DNA of 64,000 nucleotides from Piedraia hortae CBS 480.64 (lineage: Eukaryota). Within the stretch, counting starts at the first letter, position 1. Each line of letters starts with the position of its first letter. Below the pieces are notes generated by a model. That model worked only from the letters and a program-made list of their open reading frames with translations. It was not told where the DNA came from and ran no database searches. The stretch spans positions 62,001 to 126,000 of the forward strand of contig MU005988.1 of the NCBI GenBank assembly GCA_010093745.1. The letters are read 5' to 3'. Positions 47,141 to 58,867 of the stretch are shown here, piece by piece. Made by a program: the position numbers and the translations under genes.

Positions 47141-48427
47141 CTACCAATCATCTAGCATATCAGGCGTGATGGCCCTCCAACGCTCAGGGATCCACAAGTC
47201 ATCCGTTTTGCAGAGATTCTCCATGGCACGGTCAATGTCCTTTTCCACCTCCGGCCCGTTGCCATGCCACATTGTTTCCAATGGTTCCAGGACCTTGCAC
47301 TCATCAATGAGATGGTTTCTCAGTTTATCGCTCATCAGTACAGTCATGCGCGAGATAGCATGAGCCGCGGCGCAGCGAACCTCCCAGGTCGAGTGCGACA
47401 GCAGCTCTACCAAATAACGGGGAAATTCGGAGCGGAACTTGATGCCGCCGCGCATGGCGCTGTGCATAGCATAGCAGATGTGCACAAGGACCTCTGGGTC
47501 TGGCGATATAATGAGGCGCGGGAAGTAGGCGAAAGCAGGACGAATTTTTTCCCAGTCAGGTTCGATGCCAAAGTATTCATAGTAACAGACGTTGCGGAAG
47601 AGGAGAGCCACCGCGCGCTGTGTCTCAATCGACGGAAGGAGGAGCAAATCTGAAAGGTTCGTTTTCGTGAGCACATTGGCCTCGATGACGGCATCACAAC
47701 AAGCCTTTCCGCCGCCAGATAGAACGGCTAGGATACAAATTGCACGTTGGCTGAGAACCGGCGCGGCGAGAATGAGATTCTCAAGCGCCGGAGCTGCACC
47801 GGCAGCAATCAGGTCCTCCTTTAACTCGGGGGCCATGAGGCTGATGATGGCAAGGGCCTTGAACTGGAGGACCTTGTTCGAAATCTTGATGAATTCAACC
47901 AGGCGTGGAATGGCACTTTTGGTCAGCGGGCGGCCCTCGCGCATGATTGGAAAAAGCTCGACAAGGGCCTGCAACTGGTCGTCCAGGTCGTTGGAGTAGA
48001 ATTCTGGTGGTGGCTTCAACTCCTTGACATTCCGGCCTACAGTAGTGCCCTGGTGCCCAGTGCCCTTGCCTTCTTCGGTGAACAGGCGTCCTGCAATGGA
48101 GTATGTTTTGGTGGGCTGGCCCCCTGTATTGGTGCATGCTTCGGTATACTGGGCTCCTAAACTGGTGCCTGCTTTGATAGACTGGCCCACTGCCCTGGTG
48201 CCTGCTTCAGTGACTTGGGCTGGCACTGTATCTTGGCCGCCTCCAGTGACATTACCTACGCCATGAACCTGGCATCCTTTAGTGCCCTTATCTACCTTGG
48301 GTCCGCCGCCATCTTCTGACATTTCCTAGAGCGGTCAGCATAACCCGGGGACACGAAGTCGTTGGCGCACTGATTGTCCTGCCTTGATGATATCCCCAAT
48401 GTAGTCGCTTGTATCAGTGGAGCTCAT
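47141..48427 (-). CDS. Highly divergent, truncated importin-alpha-like ARM-repeat protein, 2 exons
   Basis: IPRLVEFI..LQFKA, AGAAPAL, EPDWEKIRPAF..RLI.S.D.EVL..ICYA follow importin-alpha ARM2-5; exon 1 48371-48427 and a 45-nt intron (GTGCGC..GCTGAC..TAG) are in frame. Confidence 0.7.
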
Positions 48428-48963
48428 CTTGCTTTAAGGAGAGCAGAGAATGGGGCTCGCTGCCTGCAGCGTCGCTGCGTTATGGTAGGTACTTGTCCTT
48501 CTGCTAATGATGGACAGTGGCATTTGGCACAGGCAAGTGACGCTTGCAAACGTGTTCACATGTGTGTCGTTTATACTGTCGCAAAACAGAGCAACCACGC
48601 AGTGATCCTTGAATGGTGCATGTTGCGATTCGAAGAACATGTTGGTTCGTTGGTCTGAATCTTACCTTCTTGTCCTTGGGTGGAGAACACCGCACGGACA
48701 TAGGCCTGAAGGAAAATTCATATTCGCTCAGTTTGACTCGCGGGTAGTTGATCGCAGCATAGTCATTTGTCTGTGGTCTACAAGTGTTCCAACGAAGAAG
48801 AGGTTTTCTATGCTTCCAGAATCGAGACCGAGATTGGCTCGTCGAGGCTCACGCGCCAGTGGCGCCTTGGTATAGCCTTCTGTTGAAGCGCCGCAATGTT
48901 GATGGCAGTACTACACGCTAGTGACCAACGTCTGTACATCTGTCTGGGTATAATATGGTCGAC

Positions 48964-50724
48964 CTAACCAACGAAAGATCGTATCTTTCCCATAAGACCA
49001 GACTTCTTCTCTTTACCAAAATTTGCACCCTCTTCTTCATTCAAATCTATCCGACCAGTGTCTATGTCAGCAATTTCCGGCTTCACGAGCTTCGTTCGGT
49101 AAATCAATTTGTGGCCAATATACATGACCACAAAAAGCATCAGACTGATATAAGCGACGAAAAAATTGGACGTGTTCCAAGGTATGAAAGCGGTGAAGCC
49201 TTGGGTAAGTATGATTATGATGTTGAAGCCGATGCCATAGTATGTGAACCATGGCTGGTAGGGGGCAGTGTAGGGTAGTGTGTCGCGATCAATTCCGCGG
49301 GATTTGAGGATACGATGGAAGGCGAGATAGGATATCCCAACACACCCCCTGAGTAAGATTAGCATAGGCCCCGGTGCAGCGTCACAACCTACCAAGCAAT
49401 GAACCCCGAGACACCACTGATGCTGACTAGCCAGGTGAAAACTTTGCCCGCGTTATTGGACTCGTTCATGAACCCCAACAGGCCAACAGCTGCCGTAACG
49501 ATGACAGCCACGTACGGTACACCACCGCCCGTGGACTTTGTTAGGAACTGCGGTGCACAGTTTTCACCTGCGAGCCCAACGAGTATCCGCGATCCGCTGT
49601 AGACGTTGGAATTTGCCGATGAAAGCACAACGCTGAGCAGGACAGCGTTGATCAGGCCCGGCAGAGTGGAAACACCAGCCAGCTTGGCAGCAATGACAAA
49701 AGGCGAGGCCGAAGCATCTGACTTGCCGCTTAAAAGGTCGGGATTGTCATAGGGAATCAAGATTCCGATGAAGAAGATGCTCCCGACAAAGAAAAAGAGT
49801 ATTCGGTAAAATGTCTTCTTGATGGCAGACGGCACCGTTTTACGCGGATTGCACGTTTCACCCGCCGCAATGGCCACCAGTTCAGTACCTTGGTAAGAGA
49901 AACCAGCCTGGATAAGAACAGCCCAGAAGCCAACGAATTTGGCCAGGGAAACATCGTTTTTGACGAGATAGGGAGCAAAGGCGCCCGGGTGCCCCCAGTA
50001 ATGGAAGCCCAGATAACCCTGACGGCCAACGCCGGCATTGACGCAAATGGCGAAGATAAAGAATCCAGCAACAGCGATGACCTTTATCATCGCGAACCAG
50101 AACTCGATTTCCCCGTAAAAAGAGACGGGAAAGAGGTTGAGAATGAAGATGGCAACCCAAAAGCTGCCGATGAAGATACCAGAGTCCAACTCGGGTGCCC
50201 AATACTTGATTATCAGGCCCGAAGCCGTCAGTTCAACAGCAAAAGTAGTGGCCCACGAGAACCAATATATCCAGCCCATTGCGAAGCCCAATGAGGGATC
50301 GACAAAGCGCGCTGCATAAGCCGTGAAGGCTCCCGATATGGGAATGTACGTCGCCATCTCGCCTAGGACCACGTCAGCAAAGGACTTGAGACGGCTCAAG
50401 TCTACTGGATTTACCTAAAGAAACCATGACGCTATATACTAGCGTTCCGACAAAGGCGTACGCTATTAAGGCGCCGGCGGGCCCAGAGGAAGCCAGCGCG
50501 ACGGCGGACCCGATGAAGAGACCTGTACCAATCGTGCCACCAATGGCAATCATCTGCAAGTGTCGTGATTGCAGACGACGCTTGAGAGGCTTGCTTGTGT
50601 CCACGCCGACGGACGGCTGGCGCTCAATATCACCATACTCGTCGTTCATGGCATCTCCGTACATTCTCCGCGGTTTGGAGCCTGCGACAAGGACACCTTG
50701 CTCACCCTTCGTCGTAGTCTCCAT
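48964..50724 (-). CDS. Amino acid permease (YAT/APC family, Can1/Lyp1-like), 3 exons
   Basis: RHLQMIAIGGTIGTGLF, GEMATYIP, FSYQGTEL, SPFVIA, LPYTAPYQP. Confidence 0.93.
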
Positions 50725-51143
50725 TGGGATGAGTGGAGAAAAGATGTCGGGCGAGCCAAAACTGCATGGCGCAAACTGGCGACCAGATAGTCACCCAACC
50801 TCCACGGCAGATGACGCGGCTTTTCTGTCCCATCGTGCGATTCCGACACTGACAGTTGCTATCACGTACGATGATTACCAAAGTCCATGCTGTTCTGGCC
50901 GCACGCCATGACTCAACGGCAGCCGTTCAAAAGGCGTCGGGTTGCGGACAACTCTAACCCTAGAGAACTTGGTCAAATTTGCATTGTGTGGCGTTCCTTT
51001 GCATCATTTGGTGAAGAAGCATGGTGATAAGAATACAAACAACGGCAAGTTTAGCAAACGAAAGTCATTTTACCCGGGACACAGCCAACCCCGCGTCAGC
51101 AAAATACCGTAAGTTTCCTGAAGCTGCATAACCCCGACTTTCG

Positions 51144-51255
51144 GCCTGTACAGGCTGATACCCCACAAAATCACAGGCCTGTACAGGCAGCCACTTCTCC
51201 AATCCACATGGCTGTACTGGCCCGGAACTCAGTCTGTCCACAGGCCTGAACACGC
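51144..51255. repeat. Palindromic 12-mer array with 33-34-bp period
   Basis: GCCTGTACAGGC at 51144 and 51177, GGCTGTACTGGC at 51210, GCCTGAACACGC at 51244. Confidence 0.65.
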
Positions 51256-53879
51256 TGAAAATACGACCTGCTACAGGCTAGTTTCAAGATCCTTTATAGG
51301 GTCTTGCAGACCAGGGAATAACTTGTTGACCATTGCCTATACTCTGTATACTATGGCTATGCTAGGTTATTCAAGGCTAGCCAACCTGGCTGCCCCAGAA
51401 GAAGTTGTATTGCGGTCAAGGAGTCCAGCTCCCTGATGACCCTTACGCTTCCAGCCATATATGGAAATGTCGTCCTGAAGAATCAGGCCGCTGGGGAACA
51501 TCTAAAGTGTTCACTATACCAATGGTTGGGTCAGACTCACCGCGAGGACGGGGGCAACGCCTTATAGCAGGCGTCCCATTGCTCCAGAAGATCGGCATCG
51601 TCGATGCTGAAAATTTTTCATTTTCCAACGCTAGATATATATAGTCAGAAGAGAAGTAACACTAGTGAGAGTTCGCGATCCTACCCAGGTGGCCGCCGCA
51701 ATCGCCCTTTCAACGAAGACGTCCGCGGCGGCGACGGCGTTGCGGTAGTGGAGCGTCTTAGCCACCTTGAATAAGAGCCACATCCTTCGAAACGTTCTTG
51801 AGGCATTTCCTTAAGTCAAGTCTGATTTCAGGTTTGACCTGAGATAGTGCGCTCATTCCCGCCTACGAGGGGAGCTCCTCCAATACATGACAGGCAACCA
51901 GCTCTGCCTTCCAAAACTAGTAAGGTTCGAGTTCTTCGGGTCAGGAAAAGAGCTTATCACGAGAGCATGATTATCGCCCCATAGCTCCGCGCGAAACGGC
52001 TCCCAGAAAAGGATACGCCGCATGGCATTGCGACCGACCTATAGTGCAATTTCAGTCATGCCCTCGCCCTGCAGTCATGACAGGGCAGCCCTCACATCAT
52101 GGAAGATGGCGATTATGCGTTGCCCTTGGGCTTGCTTCTCCAAGGAGGTAAGCCGTCCACACATTTCACACGTTTCTTGCAGCAACGTCAATAAGACGTG
52201 GGTGCTAAAGATGTCGCGAACGACTACTGGCTGCTAATAGGATGTCAGCTGTGTCGCCCTTCCTCTGTCACCGGCAGTAAGGGCGTGTTTCCGCAAGGTG
52301 CTCAAACAGAGCTGGACTTTCGAAATTGGTCGCTCAGGCAAGGCCAACGGCCTGTCCTATCGTCAAGGGCTCCTCGCCAAGCCGAGCTGGCAAAGCTGGG
52401 TTACTAATTGTTGATCGGCTATGTGGCAATGGTGCAAATAGTGGATTCTCAGGAAGAATCGCCGGTGGCTGTGAATGCTGCGAAAGCTCTTCTGCAAGAG
52501 TTCTGGGAAGCAATGACCTACCAGTGATCGAGGGAAGTGCCCTGCAAACGTGGCGGTGTTGGTATCGCCAGAATTTACAGAGGTAGCTCTGGAAAACATG
52601 TCGGAGTATGGATCACGTTCGCCTGCTGTGGAAACAGCGGCTGAGGCTACGGCGTTTGGGACAGTAGATGGCAGACTGGAGGGTCTGGGAGAAGCTGTGA
52701 CAGTGACAGCTGTGGGGGCCGTCGAAGGAACGTTGAAGGGTCGACAGTGTGATTTGCAGAAGAGGTGCAGGTGAGTGAATGACCGACGGAGCAGTTGGGA
52801 CGGGGGGTGGGCGCATCCCCAGGTCTGCATCTGTTCGGCCGGGTTGTGGCTCGCGATTGTGTACACCTAGAAAAGAGAGCAGCTCAGCTCCCACATTGGT
52901 CGCGTTGTCATTGTCCCTACTTGCGAAAACGCACTCAGTAACACAACTAGCATGCGGAGGACGGGTGAATTGCGCACCCAGGATTATGGCGCGTGCGCTT
53001 CAGACTTGGTGTCAGCCTCGCTGGTGTTTGCGATCGGAAGCGGGAATGTTGCGATATATGCCAAAATGCGGTCTCGCACACATGACGCCCGTACGCCACC
53101 ATCTCTGGGTGCCTTGCGCTTGCCTCTCTTGCCATCTCGTTCAGGAACTTTAGTGCGTCGCGTCGCGCGAGGTCCCGTCTTGACCGAGGTTTACCCGCCA
53201 CACAAAAGCTTCCAGAAGCTTTCCCGTGCCTTCCTAACCTGGACGAACTATCACAAAGAGTATATAATTGGTCCTGGACCCAAAAACCTATCGAAAGCTT
53301 TTTATCTAGTGTTTGGCTTTGCCGCTTGAGATTCGTTGGCCCATCGTGAACAGGCAACTTCGACCTGTAAAGCCCTTGACAGTAACTTAGTTGTAAGATG
53401 GACAACTTACGATGCCTCTTGTGTCATTCCTATGGAAACTCTACCAGAGTTATGGCGATCACATCATCAAAAGGTGCCCATTTTCTCACCCCAAGACACC
53501 AATCGATAAGAAGAACCCTAGAAAGAACAGATCCAGTCAGGTATCGGCATGTCGATGAGTGAGAAGGATCGATGAACGCCGAAGAGTGCATGGAGACCGT
53601 CAGGTAGGCTAGAGCCACGGACCGAATAAACCTGTTGTTGCAGGCAACAACCCAGGCCGCCAACTCGGTTAATCAGGCACCTTCGTGGGGCATCAACCCG
53701 GCAATAGATGACGATGATGCCATGGAGTTTGGTGCACAATATGTGGCGGACAACCCGCCATCAGATCAGTCCATGGGCTGTGAGACCAACAGTAACTTCG
53801 AGGATATTCAGGACGAGTATGACTGGGGATCCGAAACAGAGTCGCATGCAAGTCAAAATGATGGCCATGTTAATGGTAG

Positions 53880-56040
53880 ATGAATGTGAGTTTGCACAGT
53901 CTTGGCCCAACAGACAACCCGCTTAATGGTCCATCAGACATGGAAATGATGGATGAAACACACGCGGAAGCCGAAAATTCTTCAATATTTGCACCGCCAG
54001 ATCCACTGGTAATCCAGGACCGCCGAACCCAAGGCATCCTTTCAACTCGGATAAGGATGGCCTTTTGTTCACATATTACCACTCGTCCACTCAGCCAATA
54101 AGTGACTCACAGGCCAAGGCATTGCTCACCCTTATTAAAAAGTTTGCCACCATTTCCCATCCGAGTGTATTTTCCTTAAAACGGCTCAAGAAGTATCGCA
54201 ACAAAATCCCCAAGTCGAGAGCGATACGCCGTGAGAACGAGCACAAAGGGTCATTTTACCAAGTGAGCATCTTGGACGCCATCCCGTATGCAAGTCAACA
54301 AGAAGCTGGAGAAGATGAATCAGTGCCCAGAAGTCATCTTACGGAGTAGGCTGACCTGCTGCATGTTGAAAAGAGACCAAATAGTTGTTCAGAACTTTGG
54401 CATGGCCGTAAATGGCGTTGGGAGCTTCGGATGCAGCGACCAATGGAGCCACTGAGGATTAATGAGTCACACGTCAACATTTGGGTTGGTGATGTTTTGA
54501 AACTTGTGCCAAATAGCCAGACCGAGCGTGCCCTGTTCTACGGGGTTGAGACTCGTACCTGCAGTACTCGCACCATTCACATGATACGTGCTCTTCCGTT
54601 GATATTGCTTCCCGACTCTTCATCCTCCACGAGACCCACTTTTCTCATTCAAACCTCAAATGACATGGCAGAAGCGAATGAGGAGACAGCTATCTTCTTG
54701 CAGGACGAACAGATCCTGGCTTCGATGGCGATGGAGGATGTTCAATTCGCCGCCGAGGACGGGGAGCCGTTGTCAGACGACTTCAGAGCATTTCTTAGAA
54801 CTCCTCATCCTGCCAGGCACATAATACAAAGCCTGGCTCTTCAGATATATCAGGCTAACATCAATATCTGGAATGATGGCGTGAGCGCGGTGCGAAGTAA
54901 GAAATGAAGTCCTCTCGAGGTTTAGACTACTAGCCTGGCATGCGTGCCACGTAAGGTACGCATGAGATTCTCCAGTCACGGTCTTTATGCCTGCGGCAAA
55001 CCATGCTAACAACTGGGCCCTTTCAGGCAAACTTCCACCCTTCAGCAAATCTCTTTGTGGCCGTAGGTCCAAAAATGAAAGCTATGAGTATGCTTTGTGG
55101 CTTAATTTCAGAGCTGGCACGCCTACAACGGGGCGTCAAAGCCTTCGACCCGGTGAATAAGGGGATGGTCATCATATCTGGATGTGTTTGTATCATTCTC
55201 GGGGACAACCTGGCCGTTGCTGACCTGTGCTCACACATTTGGACCGGTACACACCCCTGACGGCAATGTTTTTGGTGCTCCTTGACAGCCACAAGAGGAG
55301 AGGACATGGCTGATGTTTCGCGGCCCCGAGTGCTGCGGCACACGAAGGGACTTACGGCGCAGGAAGCCAGACTTGTTAGTATTAGGCATACTCTAACGGA
55401 GCTCTATGGCCTTGAAGGTTTTGATGTCCATCAGGACTTCTCGTATGAGATACTTCATTCACTCCTTCTGGGGGTGGTAAAGTATCTCAGGCAGGACACG
55501 CTAAACCTCGCTGTGGTTGGTGATCACCTTTGGGAGCTCGCTTTGTGCTTTGACGCGGGCAATAAGGATGGTTTCTCCAGCTATCTCTTTCCGAGGCAAA
55601 TGTAAAACTGGAACAAGTCATTTACGGGAGGTGACTTCTGTAGCCTGATACAGACCCTGCCATCAACCATGATCGCATACTTTTCGCCTCTGGAGAGGTC
55701 CGAGGATGTTAAGAGTCTGCTGCACGCGTGGTGCGCTGCAGCGAATGCCATGACCCTCCTTTACGTGAGCCACGTAGGAGACCTTGACCAATGATGCGAA
55801 GAGCTTCAGGAGGTTCCTACCGAGCTGATCAAGACATGGTCTTACATCTGGTCATTTGAGACCATCCGGGAAAGGACCAAACTGCATCAACTCTTCCATG
55901 TCCCGGAAATGCCTCGTAGGCATGTCCCAGCAATCGGTGGCATAACTCATATGCAGGAAGCAGGCAACGTGTTCGAGCACAATACGCACACACCAATAAG
56001 TAAGCGGTGTCGCTCGATATCAGCAGTAAGAACGCCGTAA
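53880..56040 (+). pseudogene. Decayed DNA transposase, CMC/EnSpm-Plavaka-related
   Basis: Ordered motifs ELWHGRKWR, IWNDGVSAVRSKK*, GDNLAVADLCSH, GFDVHQDFSYEILHSLLLGVVKYL, KLHQLFHV, HTNK*AVSLDI, with stops and frameshifts. Confidence 0.7.
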
Positions 56041-57391
56041 CTTCCGCCATGCACTACATCGCAGAAGATGGATATTGGTGTCTCCAGCAACGGTACATGA
56101 CGCATCCTGACTCTAGAATAGTACAACTCTACTAAGAGCCGTTCATGCGCAGATTGCTTGATTTGCCAGACAATCCTGAGCAGTATTAGGCAACAGAAGG
56201 CATGAATAGCCAATTTTCGGGCCCAACCCAAGCAGTGCATGACGACTACGTAGTAAAATATGGCCTGGAATAGGCACGCGGAGATTATCGTCAATTTTCT
56301 AAAAGCGCTGGGCCCATTCCCTACGCTGTTCGCTCTTTTGTGCAATGCACACATAGCAATACTGTGTGCCGGGTAGAGGCGCTGCTGCGAACAGGCAGGG
56401 CTCCGAGACGTGCAATGGCATGGGTCGACGAGTATTGCTTGGCCAGTCCTCGCAACGAGTCCGGAAAATTCTGTGCGTGGTGGAAATCCCTTTGCTGGCG
56501 CCAAGAGGCACACACACACCGTCATCCAAATACAGGAGATTGCCCGTGTCATTAGTGCGCGACACCTTTGCCATGCAGGATGTGGCATGGTAACAAGTCC
56601 ATTCGCATTCCGGCGTGACAGGGAGGATGTTGGGGACAAGTCTGGCAGCATGCACCTGAAGATGACTCAAGCCGATACATGGTGAACACACATATGCTCA
56701 GGTTTCGTGTGTAGTTTTGATGAGTGCTTGCATAAATTCCACGATGCAGTCCATAATCGAGCGATGTAGTAACAACGTTATCAGGTGCGGAGTTGAAGCC
56801 GTTCAAGTAAATTTCCTTAGGCGAAGTGCTATTCAAATCCTAATGCGTCTTCAGGCTGCCGCAGTTTGAAACCCTAATGACCCCGCAGTCTGCACGGTTA
56901 GGTAACGAGACTCCCGGACCAGTTCATTACTTCATAGCGGACTCAACCCGACATCGAGCTCCGAGTGCTGAACACAACCATATACCATTGCAACACCGAT
57001 TAGTTATGTGAAGCGAATGCCAAAATCGTCAATAGACGAACAGCTCTCATTGTCATACATGCCTGTCCCAACAATGTCGGGCAGGGCAGTCGCTGAGGTT
57101 ATGAGCGTGCAAAGCCAAACTGTTATTATTGTGAGTAGAGGTGTACCAGTATGCATGCAAGTCTCTACGGAAAACTAGTTGACGCGTCAAGTCGAGAGCC
57201 GAGCACCGATTACTAATTATGCGCGTAATATACCGCATATTCGCAACACAAACTCCTCAGTAATGTGATCCAACGCAAAGGACATAAGATGCTTTGGAGC
57301 ATAGGGAGAGGAGCGGGGAGAGGTAATGGATGATTACAGCAATGTCAATTCAGCTCGGAACGGGTCCGACGGTCGTCCAAATGCTACAGAC

Positions 57392-57535
57392 TGTTGTGCA
57401 GGTCGCCGCGGAGCGATCCGCAGGTGCTGACCCACACCCCTAACCAGGGTTCGTGCACTTTTAGAATTTTCTTAGGTAGCTCTAGATACGCGTGTATACG
57501 GACATGCCTGCGAGGTGCCGCTGCTTATTAGAACA
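57392..57535 (-). mobile_element. Solo-LTR-like family copy 3 (144 bp, uninterrupted)
   Basis: Reverse complement TGTTCTAATAAGCAGCGGCACC...GCGACCTGCACAACA aligns with copy 2; no TSD. Confidence 0.8.
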
Positions 57536-57788
57536 GAATGCCACTTTCCCTACACCGACCCAGACCACAATTCTTGCCAACCACCATAGCACAACGTTGC
57601 AAGCTCCAAATACATTATGATTCCCTTTTGTCTGTGGGTACACGGGGATCTGAGAATCTGTTAGAGCGACTCGCCATATACAGTCTATTGTTCGTCTGAG
57701 TTTGCCGGTACACCAGGACCTTAGGACCTTGCAGAGTGAAATTAACCCCGCAAAGTATCACATCACGTCATCACATGGCCACCAACCC

Positions 57789-58434
57789 TCAGCTAAAGTC
57801 CATCTTCCACAGTCCATCCCCGAGATAATGACCATTGTCAATGGCGACACCCTTTTTCTTTTCCTTCATTTCACTTGTCCCCATCCTCAGCACTCCCACT
57901 AGGCAAGCGTTTTCTTTGCCCTCGGCATCCACAACCACAATCTGCCCCGCATCTAGATCCTTGCCGTCGTTGCCGTAAACATCATCATTTTGGTTGGAAT
58001 TGGGCAGCCTCCCCCCGGGGCTGGTGAGCCCGGGAACCATCAGCGTTGCGCCGGAGAGGACGAATCGGATGGCACCGCGATCGATACGCACTTTTTGAAA
58101 GGCCCAGGGAAATTTGTGCACCGTCTTGAGGTGGGGCAGGAGAAGCTCCGTCTTGGTGCCGGGCTCTGCGTAGCTGTAGAAGAGGCCCTCGCCGTCGAGG
58201 GTGTAGACGGTCACTCGCTCCGCTGGGATCTTGACCACGTCGACTTGGGACCTTTTGGGCAGCAAATCGTCGAGATGTGGCTCGAGGAGGGGGTAAGTCT
58301 CTGCTAGGCGGGCTCGCAAAGAGCGCTGTGCAGAAGACTTGAGCTTTGTTTTTGGGCCGGGTGTGGGACTACGTCTGGTCAGTTTCCCGGACGGTTATAG
58401 GGGCTTAGGGGAGGACGAACTCCTTTTTGAACAT
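57789..58434 (-). CDS. TMA20: Translation machinery-associated protein 20 (MCT-1, PUA domain), 2 exons
   Basis: MFKK + intron + KLKSSAQRSLR; IDRGAIRFVLSGATLMVPGLTSPGG; HYLGDGLW. Confidence 0.92.
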
Positions 58435-58867
58435 TGCTTGCCGCCTTGACCCTCTTGCTGTGATTGCGTAGAGGGTAGAGGGCGGACTTAGGGTTGATTG
58501 CGACTAGGGTTCCACATGGTGGCACAAAGAGCTTCGAAATAAGTGGGGCAAGCAATGGCTTTTGGAAAGACAAACAAGAAACTGTCTACATATAGCTCGC
58601 ACTCCCCCTGATCAGTCCACTACTTCCTGATCATCAAGCAGTTTCCGCAGACAAGTAGACTGAAAGCCTTCCCTCCACCCCTCGATCTCTTTTCCGAAAC
58701 GAAACTGGTAAATAAATTTGGACCCACGGCGGTCCGGTCATTGTAGGCTGGCGCCCAATCCCCATTCCGCAATACCACTTCCTGAAAACGTACAAAGGTG
58801 TAGTGTAAACCCATACTTTTTCACCGACGCCGTCGACTCCATGCAATCCGCATCTTGTGATTCCACT

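Noticed and set aside
50366..50415. Introner-like element (permease intron with GACTTGAG/CTCAAGTC stem)
   Set aside because: No similar intron among those inspected in the window; an 8-bp stem alone is weak evidence.
51144..51255. CRISPR array
   Set aside because: Eukaryotic context, 12-bp degenerate repeats, partly similar spacers, no cas genes.
27955..57535. Giant ~29.6-kb element bounded by inverted ~144-bp repeats (Starship- or TIR-like)
   Set aside because: The left repeat has its own TSD (GCCTT), the outer flanks do not match, a third copy exists at 8.1 kb, core genes such as HIR1 lie inside, and no tyrosine-recombinase captain was seen.
8115..57535. Inversion by recombination between LTR copies 1 and 3
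   Set aside because: The flanking 5-mers (TTGCC/GTCTC and CATTC/GTCTG) do not form swapped TSD pairs.
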